From Marsupella aquatica (lineage: Eukaryota > Plantae > Marchantiophyta), in the NCBI GenBank assembly GCA_973895155.1, contig OZ316891.1:25543899-25607898 (forward strand): 64,000 nt of DNA, read 5' to 3'. Shown piece after piece: positions 25,621 through 38,951 of this stretch (position 1 is its first letter; each line of letters begins with the position of its first letter). The notes beneath the pieces are model-generated. The model was not told where the DNA came from, searched no databases, and saw only the letters and a program-made list of their open reading frames with translations. Position numbers and translations under genes: made by a program.

Positions 25621-28600
25621 ATTGATCCGTGTCGATATTCCTTTTGAGATGTTTGCAAAGCACCAGTACAAGTGCTTGCACGGGAAGTAGGCTCTTCCCA
25701 TAGACTCCATGTACATGAAATCCTTGCAGGAGCAACTTGGGAAGACACAGATCTGTACGCAATGTATTGAAGTTTGGCCCCTGCAAGTGTTGTTCACCAT
25801 GAGCCTCACGCCTGTAGCATTCCCTGTTTTGATTCTCCTCATTGATGTGCACACAATTGCCTCGGTCTTAGAATTACGGATACGTGTGGCAGCGTACTTG
25901 GAGGTGTCTGACCTCCTTCGCCTTGCCTGGCCATTGCGTCGAGTACCACGCTCATTAGGCATTGTAGGATCTATTCGCTCTGGGTATGTGTTCAAATCCA
26001 TTATGATGTCGCCAGCACTCACCAATTCATTCATAACATCTTCACCAAAAATGACGTCCACTCCATTGTTGTGCAAGAACAGGACCTCTTCTTCTGTAAG
26101 ATTAGTTCCACAAGAGACAGGAAACTTTGAAGGCAGTGGTGGTAAAGCACCGGTAATAAATGGCAAAGATGATTTTGTGCAACACTGGTTATTTGGGCAA
26201 AACCAATACGGATATGGAACACCTGGTTCGTTAAATTTACTCCCAGCCAGCCAACAAATACCGACAACGCCTAATCCGCTTACTTTTAGTCCTGCCTCTC
26301 TGATAAATTGAGCACATACTCCTCATTCCTTGCCTTTGAATGCACCTCGACAACCGGGACTCTTACCAATCGTTGAGATGCGAGCCAAAAAGAACATGCC
26401 TGGAACCAAATCACTTTCCTGAACACGTCTTCTCACGGGCTCCGGACGTGGGGTTGACCTCATCCTTCGGGGTTCCACAATGACAACATCTGGTTTGCCC
26501 GAGCCACGAGAGCCATCGAACGATAGATCCACAACTTCAGCATCCTGGCTTTTCAAGTTTGCGTCCCTATTTGCAATCCCCCTGAACTTCCTCTTCTTTG
26601 GTCTGTTACCAAAACAATGTCAGGCCGGTGGGAATCTTCTACTACAACATGATGGCCAGCAGCGGCCTTCCCGCGTTTCATCGGAACCATTTCTACATCT
26701 TCGCTAAGTGGGTCCGCGGATGAGAACTCACGCAAGTGTGGTTGAGTTACAGCGGTGTTCAATTTTGGAAAGAAAGATTCTACATTCCCAACGGCAGTAG
26801 CATCTTGAAGTCGAAGTTCAAACAAGCTCGGTCCCCGTCCTTTCCTCCCACTGAGTTTGTAGTTCTTCAAAGCTCCATTCTGGCTCAACGCGCGAGATGC
26901 ATCCAGGGTACAAGATTGTACTAACCCAACCTTTGTACTAGATGAGGATTTACGCATAGATGCGTGTACCGACTCTGCCCCGCTGTGGTTAGGCATGAGT
27001 GCTGCCTTTTCTCTGTCCATCTCCTGCAATATTGTTCTAGAAAACATATCAATTTTGGTCATTTGTTATGTCTAGGCAACAGACAAAATAGGTGTATCCG
27101 AGCGTATCTCGGAGAGCTTCGCCGAGATCCGACATGTTGACGGATATCATGCATAGGGAGGGAAAGTGTTAAGACACTTACAAGTCTCAAAAAGTTTCCC
27201 CATTGAGAAAACCGAACAATCCACCAAGACATCCACGTGGTGAGCTCCTTTGCTTTTCCTGGTAGCGCATTGCCCTCATTCCACCACGTTTTCAGCTTCT
27301 CAAAAACTCGATAGGCAAGAACTATATTACTGGCGTGCCGAAGTGAATCCAACAATTCTTTATGCTCGAATCTCTTACTTGGGACAATGTGCTTCTGCAT
27401 TCTCTGTACTGATTGGGCCCAGTGAAATGCATCAGACCTCTCTCTATGGGAATTTACCTTTCCATCCCAAAATTCATTGCGGATCGCATTCCACCCAGCA
27501 GCAGCATTATCAGCCATAAATCCACAAAATTGCACATTCTTCAGCCCATGTTCTTCACATACCCTCCTCATGACCTTCCATGCAGTTTGCAATGACTTGC
27601 TGTCTTCTGAAACTAGCTCACAGACAAAGATTGTGCATAAGCCTCGATAGAAATGGTCATATACGTGTGCAGACATAGTGCACCATCTATTGTCAAGTAT
27701 GCGGTGCATGACATCAGACATCACCCAAGAATGCTCAAGATCCCCTCCTGGCTGCATTCTTCGAACAAGGTCCACTCCTGAGCCAGGACCTTCTGTACTC
27801 ATTTTAAAAATGTGCGGCCGCTCATTTGTTCCCATGTTCTGGGCTGGGAACAAAACACTTTGGATAAAAGGAAATGCAGTCTGCTTCCGCATCTCTAGTA
27901 TCATGCTTACATCAGACGACACATGAGAGTATCTCTTGATGCTCCTGATCATCGAGCGGAAAACAGATTCGTCGCCCAGAATGGCCAACATTTCATCAAG
28001 GTCGTTTGCCTCCTCAGTGGTGACCATCTCAGCCACTGGGTCCTCAAAAATATCTTTAATTTTTTGTACTGCTTTGACCTTGATCACAGACGGCCGTGCA
28101 GTAGGACTCCTCTTCAGTTCCTCCTCCACGAGATTACGCACAAGTGATCGTTGATCTTTGTTGTGCGTGAACATTGCGGGATGGGTGTGATTTCCAACAT
28201 GCATGGCAACATGAGACTTGTGACAGTAATTAAGGTCGCCCTTGGTTGGAGTGATGTAGTACATCTCACTTGGGCATCCAGCTATACACCTAGAGGCCTC
28301 CTGTAGAAGCTACAAATTACACTTGATGGGGGAACGTCGCATCCAACAGGGAAAGGCAGCTCATTTGTGCCTGCTCAATCTCGGGTCCACTTTGCAGAAT
28401 TGTGCTCTTTACGCTCTTCAAAATTCTCACAATCCCTATGCATACAACGCAGAGAACCCAAACACTTCACAGTTTGGATCTTGTAAGAGTGACTATTGTT
28501 GTTTAGCTTTGGGCCGATATTTGCTCCTGTCTCAATCAACCTGCTCCACATGTAACAATCATTCTTTCGCTCCATGCCCAAAAAGAAACACCCCTTCGAG

Positions 28601-30000
28601 TATGGACCTGTAAAAGGTGGCAACTCAAAAACATGGTCTCCATCATACACTTCTGGTAATCGTTGAACTCTCTCCGGCAATTTTGTGCTCAAAATCTTAC
28701 GAGCAGCTTGTACACATCGAGAGGTCCCTTTCCCGTGTAGCATGGCATGAACAACACTGACAAGGAACTCATCCTTCCATACTGAATTGCCTTCTCGAAG
28801 ACCCTCTCTGAGAAGGAATGCCTTTGATTGAGGTGTCTCCTTTGGTGGAGTATAAGCAGCTCCTCGATCCTCCCAAAATTGGGATGATGTAGACTCGGGT
28901 GTATTCGTCCGAGAAGGTTCACCATCTTGAAGACCCCCTCTGAGATTGAATGCACTTGATCAAGATTTCTCTTTCACTAGTGTATCACCATCTCCAAGAT
29001 TCTCCCACATTTGGAATGAATTGGACCCAGGTGTACTTGTTCGAGGAGGTTCACCATCTCGAAGACCCCCTCTGACATTAAATGCACTTGATCGAGGTTT
29101 CTCTTTCACTGGTGTATCACCATCTCCAAGATCCTCCCACATTTGGAATGAATTGGACCCAGGTGTACTTGTCCGAGGAGGTTCACCATCTCGAAGACCC
29201 CCTCTGACATTAAATGCACTTGATCGAGGTTTCTCTTTCACTGGTGTATCACCATCTCCAAGATCCTCCCACATTTGGAATGAATTGGACCCAGGTGTAC
29301 TTGTCCGAGGAGGTTCACCATCTCGAAGACCCCCTCTGAGATTGAATGCACTTGATCGACATTTCTCCTTCACTGGTGTATCCACATCTCCAACATCTTC
29401 CCACATATGGAATGAATTTGACCGAGGTGTACTCAATCGAGAAGGTTCACCATGTCGAAGACCCCCTCTGAGATTGATTGCGTTGGGTCGAGGTGTCTCC
29501 TTCACTGGCTCATCTGCCTCTCCAACATCCTGCCACACTGGCGACAAATTTGAGTGGGGTCTACCAACTCGGTGAATGTCCTCCCAAAATTGGGACAATT
29601 TTTGACACGGTGTATTGTTCCATAATTCACCCGGTTCATCAATCTGTGGGGAGTGCGCAAAATCTCCAAGACCCTCACTAACATTGCATGAACTTGCTTT
29701 CTTTTTGCAGATAGTATAGGACACGCCACATTTTAGATACCACTCTCGCTCATCTCCATTGCCTTTGGATTCAGCAGAAGTGGACAGCCCATCTTCTCTC
29801 TCCTCGTAAATCATGAAATCCCCTACCTTCAAACCAAATCGGCTTGCTACTTCATGCTCCTTAGTGACTCGAACACTGTCTCCCTCAATTTGACAAAAAA
29901 CAACAACATCCCTGGTTACTGATTGGATTATCACAAGAGAAGCCATGTGTCCCAAATCCACACTGGGAATGTTAGTCCCCAGGCCTTCGGCTTTATACAT
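25600..30000 (-). pseudogene. MULE transposase: B3-like N-terminus, 40-aa repeats, GCM-like Zn domain, DDE core, Cys/Zn module, SWIM finger
   Basis: GCM-like: KCLGSLRC...HVGNHTHP. DDE: WVMSD, FMADN, AFHWAQ, GAESVH. SWIM: CSCKDF...CKHLYW. Fragmented across ORFs 28960-30000, 28375-28743, 27059-28264, 26553-27062, 26323-26556 and 25600-26166. Confidence 0.8.
28940..29560 (-). repeat. Coding 120-bp tandem repeat (40 aa), about 5 copies
   Basis: WEDLGDGDTPVKEKPRSSAFNVRGGLRDGEPPRTSTPGSNSFQM is repeated. Confidence 0.95.
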
Positions 30001-30414
30001 CAGACGTTAAAGTCTTGGTACCACTTTATGCCAATAATACCGCACTTTCAGGCTTAGAACTTGGGCGGTACATCAGACGTTAAAGTACCCATACTTTACG
30101 CCAAGAATACCGTTCCAGACAACGTGCGTACCATAAAACGATCGTAGAATCCGGAGCGTACATATAACAATTGTACCACAAAGAAGGTACCTATTTGCTA
30201 GCGGCCGCCAAGAAGGTACAGATTCTGCACATGTACAAGGTACATATTTGCCAGCAGCCGCCAAGAAGGTACATGCAAACTCTGGGGATGTAGTATATTC
30301 TCCAAGATTCCGTCCGGCCTTGCCTAAAACATTTCTTCTTCTTCCGTCGTGTGGCTTATAATCCCCTCTGCAAATATGCCTGACTTGAAGGATGAATAAA
30401 TAGCCTTCCGACTT

Positions 30415-31560
30415 CCTACTCGGCGAGGGTCTCTGACATGTGGTCGCGCTCTTTGGCGAGCCTCTTTGTGGTGGATTAGGGACTTCCTTGGTCGCTGAGT
30501 GTCATTTACTTTTCATCCCAAGTCATTCTCGGCGGGGGTCTCCGAGATTCTAAGATGGATTCTCATAGATTTTTACCTAGAATCCTACTCGGCGAGGGTC
30601 TCTGACATGCGGTCGCGCTATCTGGCGAGCCTCTTTGTGGTGGATTAGGGACTTCCTTGGTCGTTGAGTATCATTTACTTTTCATCCCAAGTCATTCTCG
30701 GCAGGGGTCTCCAAGATTCTAAGATGGATTCTCATAGACTTTTATCTAGAATCCTACTCGGCGAGGGTCTCTGACATGCGGTCGAGCTATCTGGCAAGCC
30801 TCTCTGTGGTGGATTAGGGACTTCCTTGGTCGCTGAGTGTCATTTACTTTTCATCCCAAGTCATTCTCGGCGGGGGTCTCCGAGATTCTGAGATGGATTC
30901 TCATAGACTTTTATCTAGAATCCTACTCGGCGAGGGTCTTTGACATGCGGTCGCGGTATCTGGCGAGCCTCTCTGTGGTGGATTAGGGACTTCCTTGGTT
31001 GCTGAGTGTCATTTACTTTTCATCCCAAGTCATTCTCGGTGGGGGTCTCCGAGATTCTAAGATGGATTCTCATAGACTTTTACCTAGAATCCTACTCGGC
31101 GAGGGTGTTTGACATGCGGCCGCGCTATCTGGCGAGCCTCTTTGTGGTGGATTAGGGACTTCCTTGGTCGCTGAGTGTCATTTACTTTTCATCCCAAGTC
31201 ATTCTCGGCGGGGGTCTTCGAGATTCTAAGATGGATTCTCATAGACTTTTACCTAGAATCCTACTCGGCGAGGGTGTCTGACATGCGGTCGCGCTATCTG
31301 GCGAGCCTCTTTGTGGTGGATTAGGGACTTCCTCGGTCGTTGAGTGTCATTTACTTTTCATCCCAAGTCATTCTCGGCGGGGGTCTCCGAGATTCTGAGA
31401 TGGATTCTCATAGACTTTTATCTAGAATCCTACTTGGCGAGGGTGTCTGACATGCGGTCGCGCTATCTAGCGAGCCTCTCTGTGGTGGATTAGGGACTTC
31501 CTCGGTCGCTGAGTGTCATTTACTTTTACCTAGAATCCTACTCGGCAAGGGTCTTTGACA
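30415..31560. repeat. 169-bp tandem array, about 6.7 copies, between the divergent genes
   Basis: cggcgagggt at 30421, 30590, 30759, 30928, 31097, 31266, with a variant at 31435. Confidence 0.97.
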
Positions 31561-31789
31561 TTTAGTTTCCACCCTAAATTATTCTTGGTGGGGGTCTCTG
31601 AGATGGACTCGGGTCATTTGGGCAACAGTATTTGTACTCGGCGAGCCTCTCTAAGATGGTAGATTTGTACGGACACGCGATCCATACAAAATTACATTGT
31701 AAAAACATTGAAAAGTACTGTACGGTCAGTTTTTGCATGCACTTTTGGGTTCATCCTTGTATTTTGGCGAGGGTCTGACATCGAATGTG

Positions 31790-32370
31790 GGATAGAACCA
31801 ATTTGGGTCCTTCATTTGAAACGGAATACCCTTAATTTCATCTCGGAGAGGGTCTCTGAGAGACACAGTGTATGTTGTAGCTAACCCTTTGAAACTGTTA
31901 ACAGGGTCCACAAGTGGTGTCATCTAGCCAAAGTACGCCCACGACTCCATCTCAGAGAGGGTCTCCGAGAGGCTGGGTCTCATTTGGCGACCTTTCTGAC
32001 CCAATATGCGATCTGGGAGAACTTCTCTCTGGCCACTTGGGGCACACGGCTCCATCTCAGAGAGGGTCTCCGAGCGATTGGGTTGCAATCTTGCTTCCCT
32101 TTCCACCCAAGACGCGATTGACAATTTTTGTCGTCTGGCCGTTCGGGCCACACCACTCCATCTCAGAGAGGGTCTCTGACATTGGATGTTGGATAGAACC
32201 ATTTTGGGTCCTTCCTTTGAAACGGAATACCCTTAATTTCATCTCGGAGAGGGTCTCTGAGAGACACAGTGTATGTTGTAGCTAACCCTTTGAAACTGTT
32301 AACAGGGTCCACAAGTGGTGTCATCTGGCCCACGACTCCATCTCAGAGAGGGTCTCCGAGAGGCTGGCGA
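31790..32370. repeat. ~400-bp-period partial duplication
   Basis: gatagaacca...aaacggaatacccttaatttcatctcggagagggtctctgagagacacag at 31791 and 32192. Confidence 0.85.
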
Positions 32371-33481
32371 CCTTTTTGACCCAAGAAGCGTACTTTTCTA
32401 CCGTGAAGTTCGCTAGAGTGTTGGACTTTTTTCTACTTCTCATATTTTACTCTAAACCCTAAACATAATTGGCCGCCTTTATTAAGTCTCCTCCAACAAA
32501 CCCTCCTTGATCTTGTTGACTTGTGCTCTTCACCCTTCTCTTAACCCCAATTTCCTCTTTTAGTTAAGCCACCCAAATGATAATGCATGTGGGCAACCAT
32601 TTCCTCTTTGAGCTGACGCACCGAGATGTTGACACATCTTAGTAGGCCTCGAAATGAAATGACAGCAAGGGTCTCCTACATTCGGACTCATTTGAGTTGT
32701 AGGCCAAAGTCCCTAATTGTACCCTAAATGTACCCTAAACTCTCTCGTACTAGTGGTGGTCAGTACTCGCGTTAGCATTGTGTACTTTCTTGTTTGGGCC
32801 GTTAACATGTACGTATCGAAATATAGTTAGGATCTCCCGTATCTATTGCGTACTTTAGTGTTGTGCAGTACGTGTGGTACGTTATTCCTTGAAGTGGATG
32901 TCGTTCCTTCCTCGTCACTCTTCCACGGTGTGACACCTTAGGTTTGGCGCTCGTCTTTATCACTAATCCCCGGACCTTCTCACTCTGCCTCACTCTTTTG
33001 CGTCCCTTACTCGTTCGCGCTCTAATCCGCGCTCTTCCTCAATCTTCGCATATTGGTCTTGTGCAATCTCTCACTTCTCCGCGCTCACATCCGCGTTGTT
33101 CCTGCTCTTCTTCAGTCGTCCCACTCACGGTAAACTCTCCTGTGCAACCCTGTTATCGTGTCTACTGGATTGCGTTGGTGTTTTGAGGCAGTGAGCGTGT
33201 GGTAGCTTCTCCGTGAGCGTTTAGGCAACATTTTCTTGTGAGAATTTGCGACAGTGATTTGCCGTGAATGTTGGTGATTCTCTCAGGTTTTTCTCTTGGC
33301 TCCCCCTTTTTCTTGATATGTAAAATCCATTTGTAGATGAATCAAATGCGTGATAGGCTAGACCCCGCGTATCCTTGAAAACTGGCTCTCTCGGCGGGGC
33401 TCGCTGAGATCTTGTCAGGTTTATAGGTCGAGCTATTGCCGAGTAATAACTCTTTCATTTCTCATGTAATCTAAGGTCAAA

Positions 33482-36400
33482 ATGCCAAAGAGGAAAGACT
33501 CGACTGGAGCTGGACCTGCCGACAGCCAAACTTCTCAGTGAAGTAAGAAACCACGATCCAAGTCTCCTTCGCCAATCACGTCTCGATTGACGCGCTCACA
33601 GGGTGGTCCACTTATGGAGTCAGTCGACTCTAGGAGGAAGTTTGAGCCAAAGCAGATATCATTTGAGCCTATTGGAGTGGCAGAATTGGCTGATATTGCT
33701 GAGAAGGGAGCCTAGGAGTCTATCGTCTCCAAGTATGAGACAAAGTTTAGTAAGGATCCGCCCCGGATCCCCTTGTGCCGGCTCATGCCAATGGAGGCAG
33801 TGAGGAATCTTCAAGATGAGTCGCTTGCAAAATTAAAAAAAAGATTCAAAGAGAGCGGCTATGTTGTGAAGCTCAGCGAGTTCCACATTACTGAGTTCAA
33901 TGAAATTGGAGAAACGCAGATAGTGACAGACTTCAAGCCATTTTGGGACCCTCTATGGACTCAACTCAATGAACAGTTTGAGCAAGAGTGCGATGCATCA
34001 GAGGAGTTCAAAGTCCTTAAGGACAAGATGTTTTGGGTTTTTGATGGAAACCACAGATACACAGCCTGGTTCGCACTTGCTTCTGAGTATCCGGATCAAT
34101 TGCAATACCATCCGTGCGTCAGATTCTCTCTTTTGAACGCTGGGAAGGACGGATTCAAGAAGGTTGAGCAAGCAATGCAGGCTCTCAACTCGTAAGTACT
34201 CTCATTCGCGTCTTTTTGCAAAATGTGATTACCCGTTTGTGTAAACCTTGTGTGCCATCTTGGAGAGCCTCTCTGAAATTGCTGCTATGAGTACTGTTTG
34301 TCATTTTCAGGATAAGTGCGACTGTCGTAAAGACGTCCTGGTTTAATGACGCTGATCGGGTTGCAAAGCTATTGAACACTCCATTGGAGGAGTACAGTTC
34401 GCTCATGTCAAAGGAGACAATGGAGGCTTTCATGAAGGCCCAAAATCGAGGACATGGGAAGACTTGGTACTCAAAGAATATGACAAAAGAAGCCGCTGTG
34501 TACATCATGTCTTGGTCAAACATTGAAGCGGGATGAATCAATATCTCCAAGGAGATGGCACAAGACGCAGCTCGTGGGCACCCGTGGAGTGTGAAGAGAA
34601 CTGAGGAGGAGACGGAGGCAATGATTATTGTTGCATGCAAGGCCTGGGACAACAAGTTCCCCAAGCTTGCGGCCTGCGTGAATCCGGCCAATGGAGACCA
34701 GTTCATGCCGGTATGTTGGCAGCTGTATCACAAGTTGTCAAAGGACGCCAAGCAGGGTGTGATGAATGTACAGGTTGGCTTGGACAGGGTCCGCTTGTTT
34801 GCTGGGGCTTGGGTAACTGCAGAGTGCAGAGTAAAGCTATTGAAAGCTCATTTTGGAACGGAGGAGGAGAAGAGTATGTATCATCATCCACATAGCAATG
34901 GTGATGCTGCAATTAGATCCTGGTTAGCGGTCTGGTCAATGTGGTGTTACATTGACCATGTTGGTTGTGTGATTTTGACCAATTTTGCTGCAAAGGCCTA
35001 CCAAAGACAGATGTACCGTGAGTTTTCTGGGATAGAGGAGGAATTTGCAGAGCTATACAGAAGGTTTTATCGAGCTTATGTGCAAGAGAAATCACTGAAA
35101 CTAGGCGGGGAAATTTGGATTGACGGAAAGGCCACGGTCTTGTTAAAAGAATTGTGGAAAAAGCGAACAAAGAGGTGCGTGACAAGATTTCTAATCAATC
35201 AGGAGAACATGAATGCATCCGTATTGAAAGAGCTGCCATGGGCACTCACATCTTGGATGGAGCCCAAAGGGAGCCTTAGCATGTATCCATGTGATGGCCA
35301 AATTCCTAATGGCAGAGTAGTCTACAATTGGGAACGTCAAAACTGCCCATGGTATATGGAATACGGTGACTGGAATACTTTTATCGATGACGCTGAGAAG
35401 GAGTGTGCAATGAAGCTGAAGGACCAACAGGAGCCTACAAATTACTACAATATATCCAAGCTGCAACAATTGACGGACTCTATGCCCCAGGCAATAGCGT
35501 TGGAGGCCATAATCCCAATGGACCCAGCCTATGATGGGAAAAAGGCCCGAAAGGAAGGAGGCGAGAAGAAGGTCGACAAGGAACAATCCGCCGAGGCCAG
35601 TCAGTCAGATTCTATAAGCACTCCAACAAAGACCCCATCAGGTATTACTCAATTCCTTTCGAATCAGGTGGTGGCTTGCATTGGAAAAAACCTTGGCTGG
35701 ATTGGCGAGGCTCGCCGAGATTAAGTGTCTGGTCCAGTCCAGATGTTGGCGAGGCTCTCCGAGATTAAGTGTCTGGTCCAGTCCAGATGTCGGCGAGGCT
35801 CGCCGAGATGAAGTATTAGTTGAGTAATAAGTTGCTTGCATATAATGAACCCGATCTTGGCGAGGCTCGCCGAGATGCAGTTGCCATCATGAAGCTCATC
35901 AATTTGCATCCTATGCAGGTCATGCAGAGATCCAAATGGAACCTGATTCTATCAAGAGCAAGGGTGTAGAGCCGGCTACAAAGGCAGCAGTTGAGGACGG
36001 TCCAGGGGTTTTGCAGGGTCCAGGGCACAAGGATAAACAACCAATAGTTGAGTTGGGTCCAGACGAGGCTCCACTGCAAGAATTTGACTTGCCTCCACAT
36101 GAGGCTCCTGAAGTACAAGATGAATTGGCTGACAAGCAACAAGGTGAGGATGATGTGGGTGAGCAAGAGGAAGAGAAGCGAGAGGAAGAGGACAAAGGAC
36201 AATCCGGAGACGAAGGGCGCTTGTCTGATATCTCTCCTGTGCCTTACCGGCCACCATTACTGTCACGGCAAAAGGAAAAGACCTTAAAAAGAAAGCAAAC
36301 TAGGCGACCCAGAGCTCCCAAAGGGAGCCCAAGCAAAGCACGTGACGAGGAATTTCCTCCTCTTCCTTCCCCCACTGAGTCGCCTCCCCCGCCCGGCACT

Positions 36401-37545
36401 AGGGAGGTTCCGCCCACAACCATCCAACCTGACCCCACATTGGAAAATGAGGAGGATGAAGAGGCCCTTGGAGAAGAGGATAACACAGAGCTGGAAGGAG
36501 TAAGGCGTCCTTATGCCAATACCATGTCTTCCCAGAGCAGACATATGTATTTTAGGTGGTCTCCAAATCTATTTACAACTTTTTTTGATGCGGCTAAAGA
36601 AGGTACCGAACCCCCTATAGTTAGTAAATTGATCTCATGGTGCAGAAAGCTATTGCGGGAAGGTTTGCGTCAAAATGCCTGGAGAAAAGGGGGGAAGCGA
36701 GTGAAGACTGGTGCAGATTTAATTCTGATACATATGGGAACAGACACGCGTATGGTCGAGGGTAAGTCCACCCCGTTGTGGAATTCGTTCCGGGAGGACG
36801 ACTTGAACCGGGTTCAGGAGTTTGCTTGAGATGTCCTTGATTCCAAAGGACTGTTTGCCATCGTGCACAGTGGTTCGCTTCGGCACTCAACTTGCATTTA
36901 TGATGCATTAGTTTACGAGAATACCAACTGGGGGTTGAAAGAAAGCTTCTTTATCTGGAACGACACACCCACCTACGATGGTAGGACTGGGAAGCGAGTA
37001 AGTCCCATCAATTACCTACTTCTTCATTTATTTTTTATTCCAATGACTTACTATCCTAAACTGAGGAAGTCTGACCTCTGAATATGTTTGGCCGATCCAG
37101 AGCAAATATCTCAAGCTAGACCTGTGGGGGTTTCAATTTGCTGTGGAGATATGCCCAAAGGACGATGTGGCACCAATTAGTGCAGAGCTCGATATGAAAA
37201 GTAGGAATGGGCTAACGAACTATACATCCAAGAAGAATCAGGTTAACGATCCTTTTGCGGGCACATTGTCGCCAGCAACGCTCCAATGTATCATCGAATA
37301 TACAACACACCCTGGGGCAACTATCCTCACTTTCAATGCACAGTTTGGGGCAATATTCAAGGCGGGTGAAAATTGCGGGCGGATGGTGTTTGGGACTGAA
37401 TCCTATCCTCACTTCGGAACTTGTGTGCAAGACCAACTGGCACAACTGGTTGGAGTGATCTCCCCGGAGGAGGAAGAGGTGGTCCGTTCAAAAGCCAATC
37501 CAGAAAAGCGCAAGAAGAAAAAGCCGGCAGTACTCCCAACGACAT
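33482..37545 (+). pseudogene. Multi-exon ParB/Srx-like + acidic linker + degenerate beta-class N4/N6 DNA-methyltransferase-like protein
   Basis: ParB-like: IPLCRLMPMEAVR...FWVFDGNHRYTAW. MTase fold: ADLILIHMG, DVLDSKGLFAI, FFIWND, PATLQCIIEYTTHPGATILTFNAQFG...GRMVFGTE. GT-AG introns at about 34192-34310, 35642-35920 and 36998-37100. In-frame stops at 33539, 33713, 34534 and 36827. Confidence 0.65.
35700..35880. repeat. Intronic ~52-bp tandem repeat containing the palindromic motif
   Basis: ggcgaggctcgccgagattaagtgtctggtccagtccagatg repeated. Confidence 0.85.
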
Positions 37546-37769
37546 GTAAGTTTTTTGGCGTTTGACGTTGTTCATTTCATATTTGCTTGCTCGTCGCAAT
37601 GGTTGACAATAGAGGGATACAAGTCAGCGGCCTCACCAATATGTATGCATGTCGGCTGACCTCGCTGACATTCATAGTGTCTGGCCTCCTCTACAAGCGA
37701 GGGCAAGTCCTAACTTGAGATGCATGTTGGCGGACCTTGCCAAGATTCATTCCTCTACATGCAACTCAG

Positions 37770-38850
37770 GAAGAGTCATCTTGGCGGGCCTCTCCAAGAT
37801 CCATCTGAGGAAGAGTGATCTCGGCTGGCCTCTCCAAGATCCGTCTCAGGAAGAGTTAATCTCGGCTGGCCTCTCTGAGATCCGTCTCAGGAATAGTCAT
37901 CTCGGCTGGCCTCTCCGAGATCCGTCTCAGGAAGAGTGATCTTGGCTGGCCTATCCAAGATCCGTTGCAGGAAGAGTCAATCTCGGCTGGCCTCTCTGAG
38001 ATCCATCTCCGGAATAGTCATCTCGGTTGGCCTCTCCGAGATCCATCTCAGGAAGAGTGATCTCGGCTGGCCTCTCCAAGATCCGTCTTAGGAAGATTCA
38101 ATCTTGGCTGGCCTCTCTAAGATCCGTCTCAGGAATAGTCATCTCGGCTGGCCTCTCTGAGATCCGTCTCAGGAATAGTCATCTCGGCTGGCCTCTACGA
38201 GATCCGTCTCAAGAAGAGTGATCTCGGCTGGCCTCTCCGAGATCCGTGTACCAAAGAGTCATCTCGGCTAGCCTCTCCGAGATCCGTGTACTGAAGAGTC
38301 ATCTCGGCTGGCGTCTCCAAGATCTGTCTCAGGAATAGTCAATCTCGGCTGGCCTCTCTGAGATCCGTCTCAGGAATAGTCATCTCGGCTGGCCTCTACG
38401 AGATCCGTCTCAGGAAGAGTGATCTCGGCTGGCCTCTCCGAGATCCGTGTACCAAAGAGTCATCTCGGCTAGCCTCTCCGAGATCCGTGTACTGAAGAGT
38501 CATCTCGGCTGGCGTCTCCAAGATCTGTCTCAGGAATAGTCAATCTCGGCTGGCCTCTCTGAGATCCGTCTCAGGAATAGTCATCTCGGCTGACCTCTAC
38601 GAGATCCGTCTCAGGAAGAGTGATCTCGGCTGGCCTCTTCGAGATCCGTGTACCGAAGAGTCATCTCGGCTAGCCTCTCCGAGATCCGTGTACCGAAGAG
38701 TCATCTCGGCTGGCGTCTCCAAGATTTGTCTCAGGAATAGTCAATCTCGGCTGGCCTCTCTAAGATCCGTCTCAAGAATAGTCATCTTGGCTGGCCTCTA
38801 CGAGATCCATCTCAGGAAGAGTGATCTCGGCTGGCCTCTCCGAGATCCGT
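37770..38850. repeat. Intronic ~40-bp minisatellite (~26 units) with a 201-bp higher-order repeat
   Basis: Unit atctcggctggcctctccgagatccgtctcaggaagagt; the gatccgtgtacc variant recurs at about 38241, 38442 and 38643. Confidence 0.97.
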
Positions 38851-38951
38851 CAATCCATGTCGACTACCTTCCCCGACAGATGCCTTCTTGTTTACGTCTA
38901 TTTTGGGCGCAATACATTATTTGATTGAATTTAAGTATAACTTAGTAGCAG

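Noticed and set aside
28946-29575. 209-aa plus-strand repetitive ORF
   Set aside because: Antisense shadow of the 120-bp coding repeat in the transposase.
33773-37565. Bacterial or phage contamination suggested by the ParB and MTase motifs
   Set aside because: The gene has phase-compatible GT-AG introns and is embedded in a eukaryotic transposon with Ulp1 and F-box genes.
37770-38850. CRISPR-like appearance of regularly spaced palindromic repeats
   Set aside because: The intervening sequences are themselves repeated rather than unique spacers, there are no cas genes, and the context is a eukaryotic intron.
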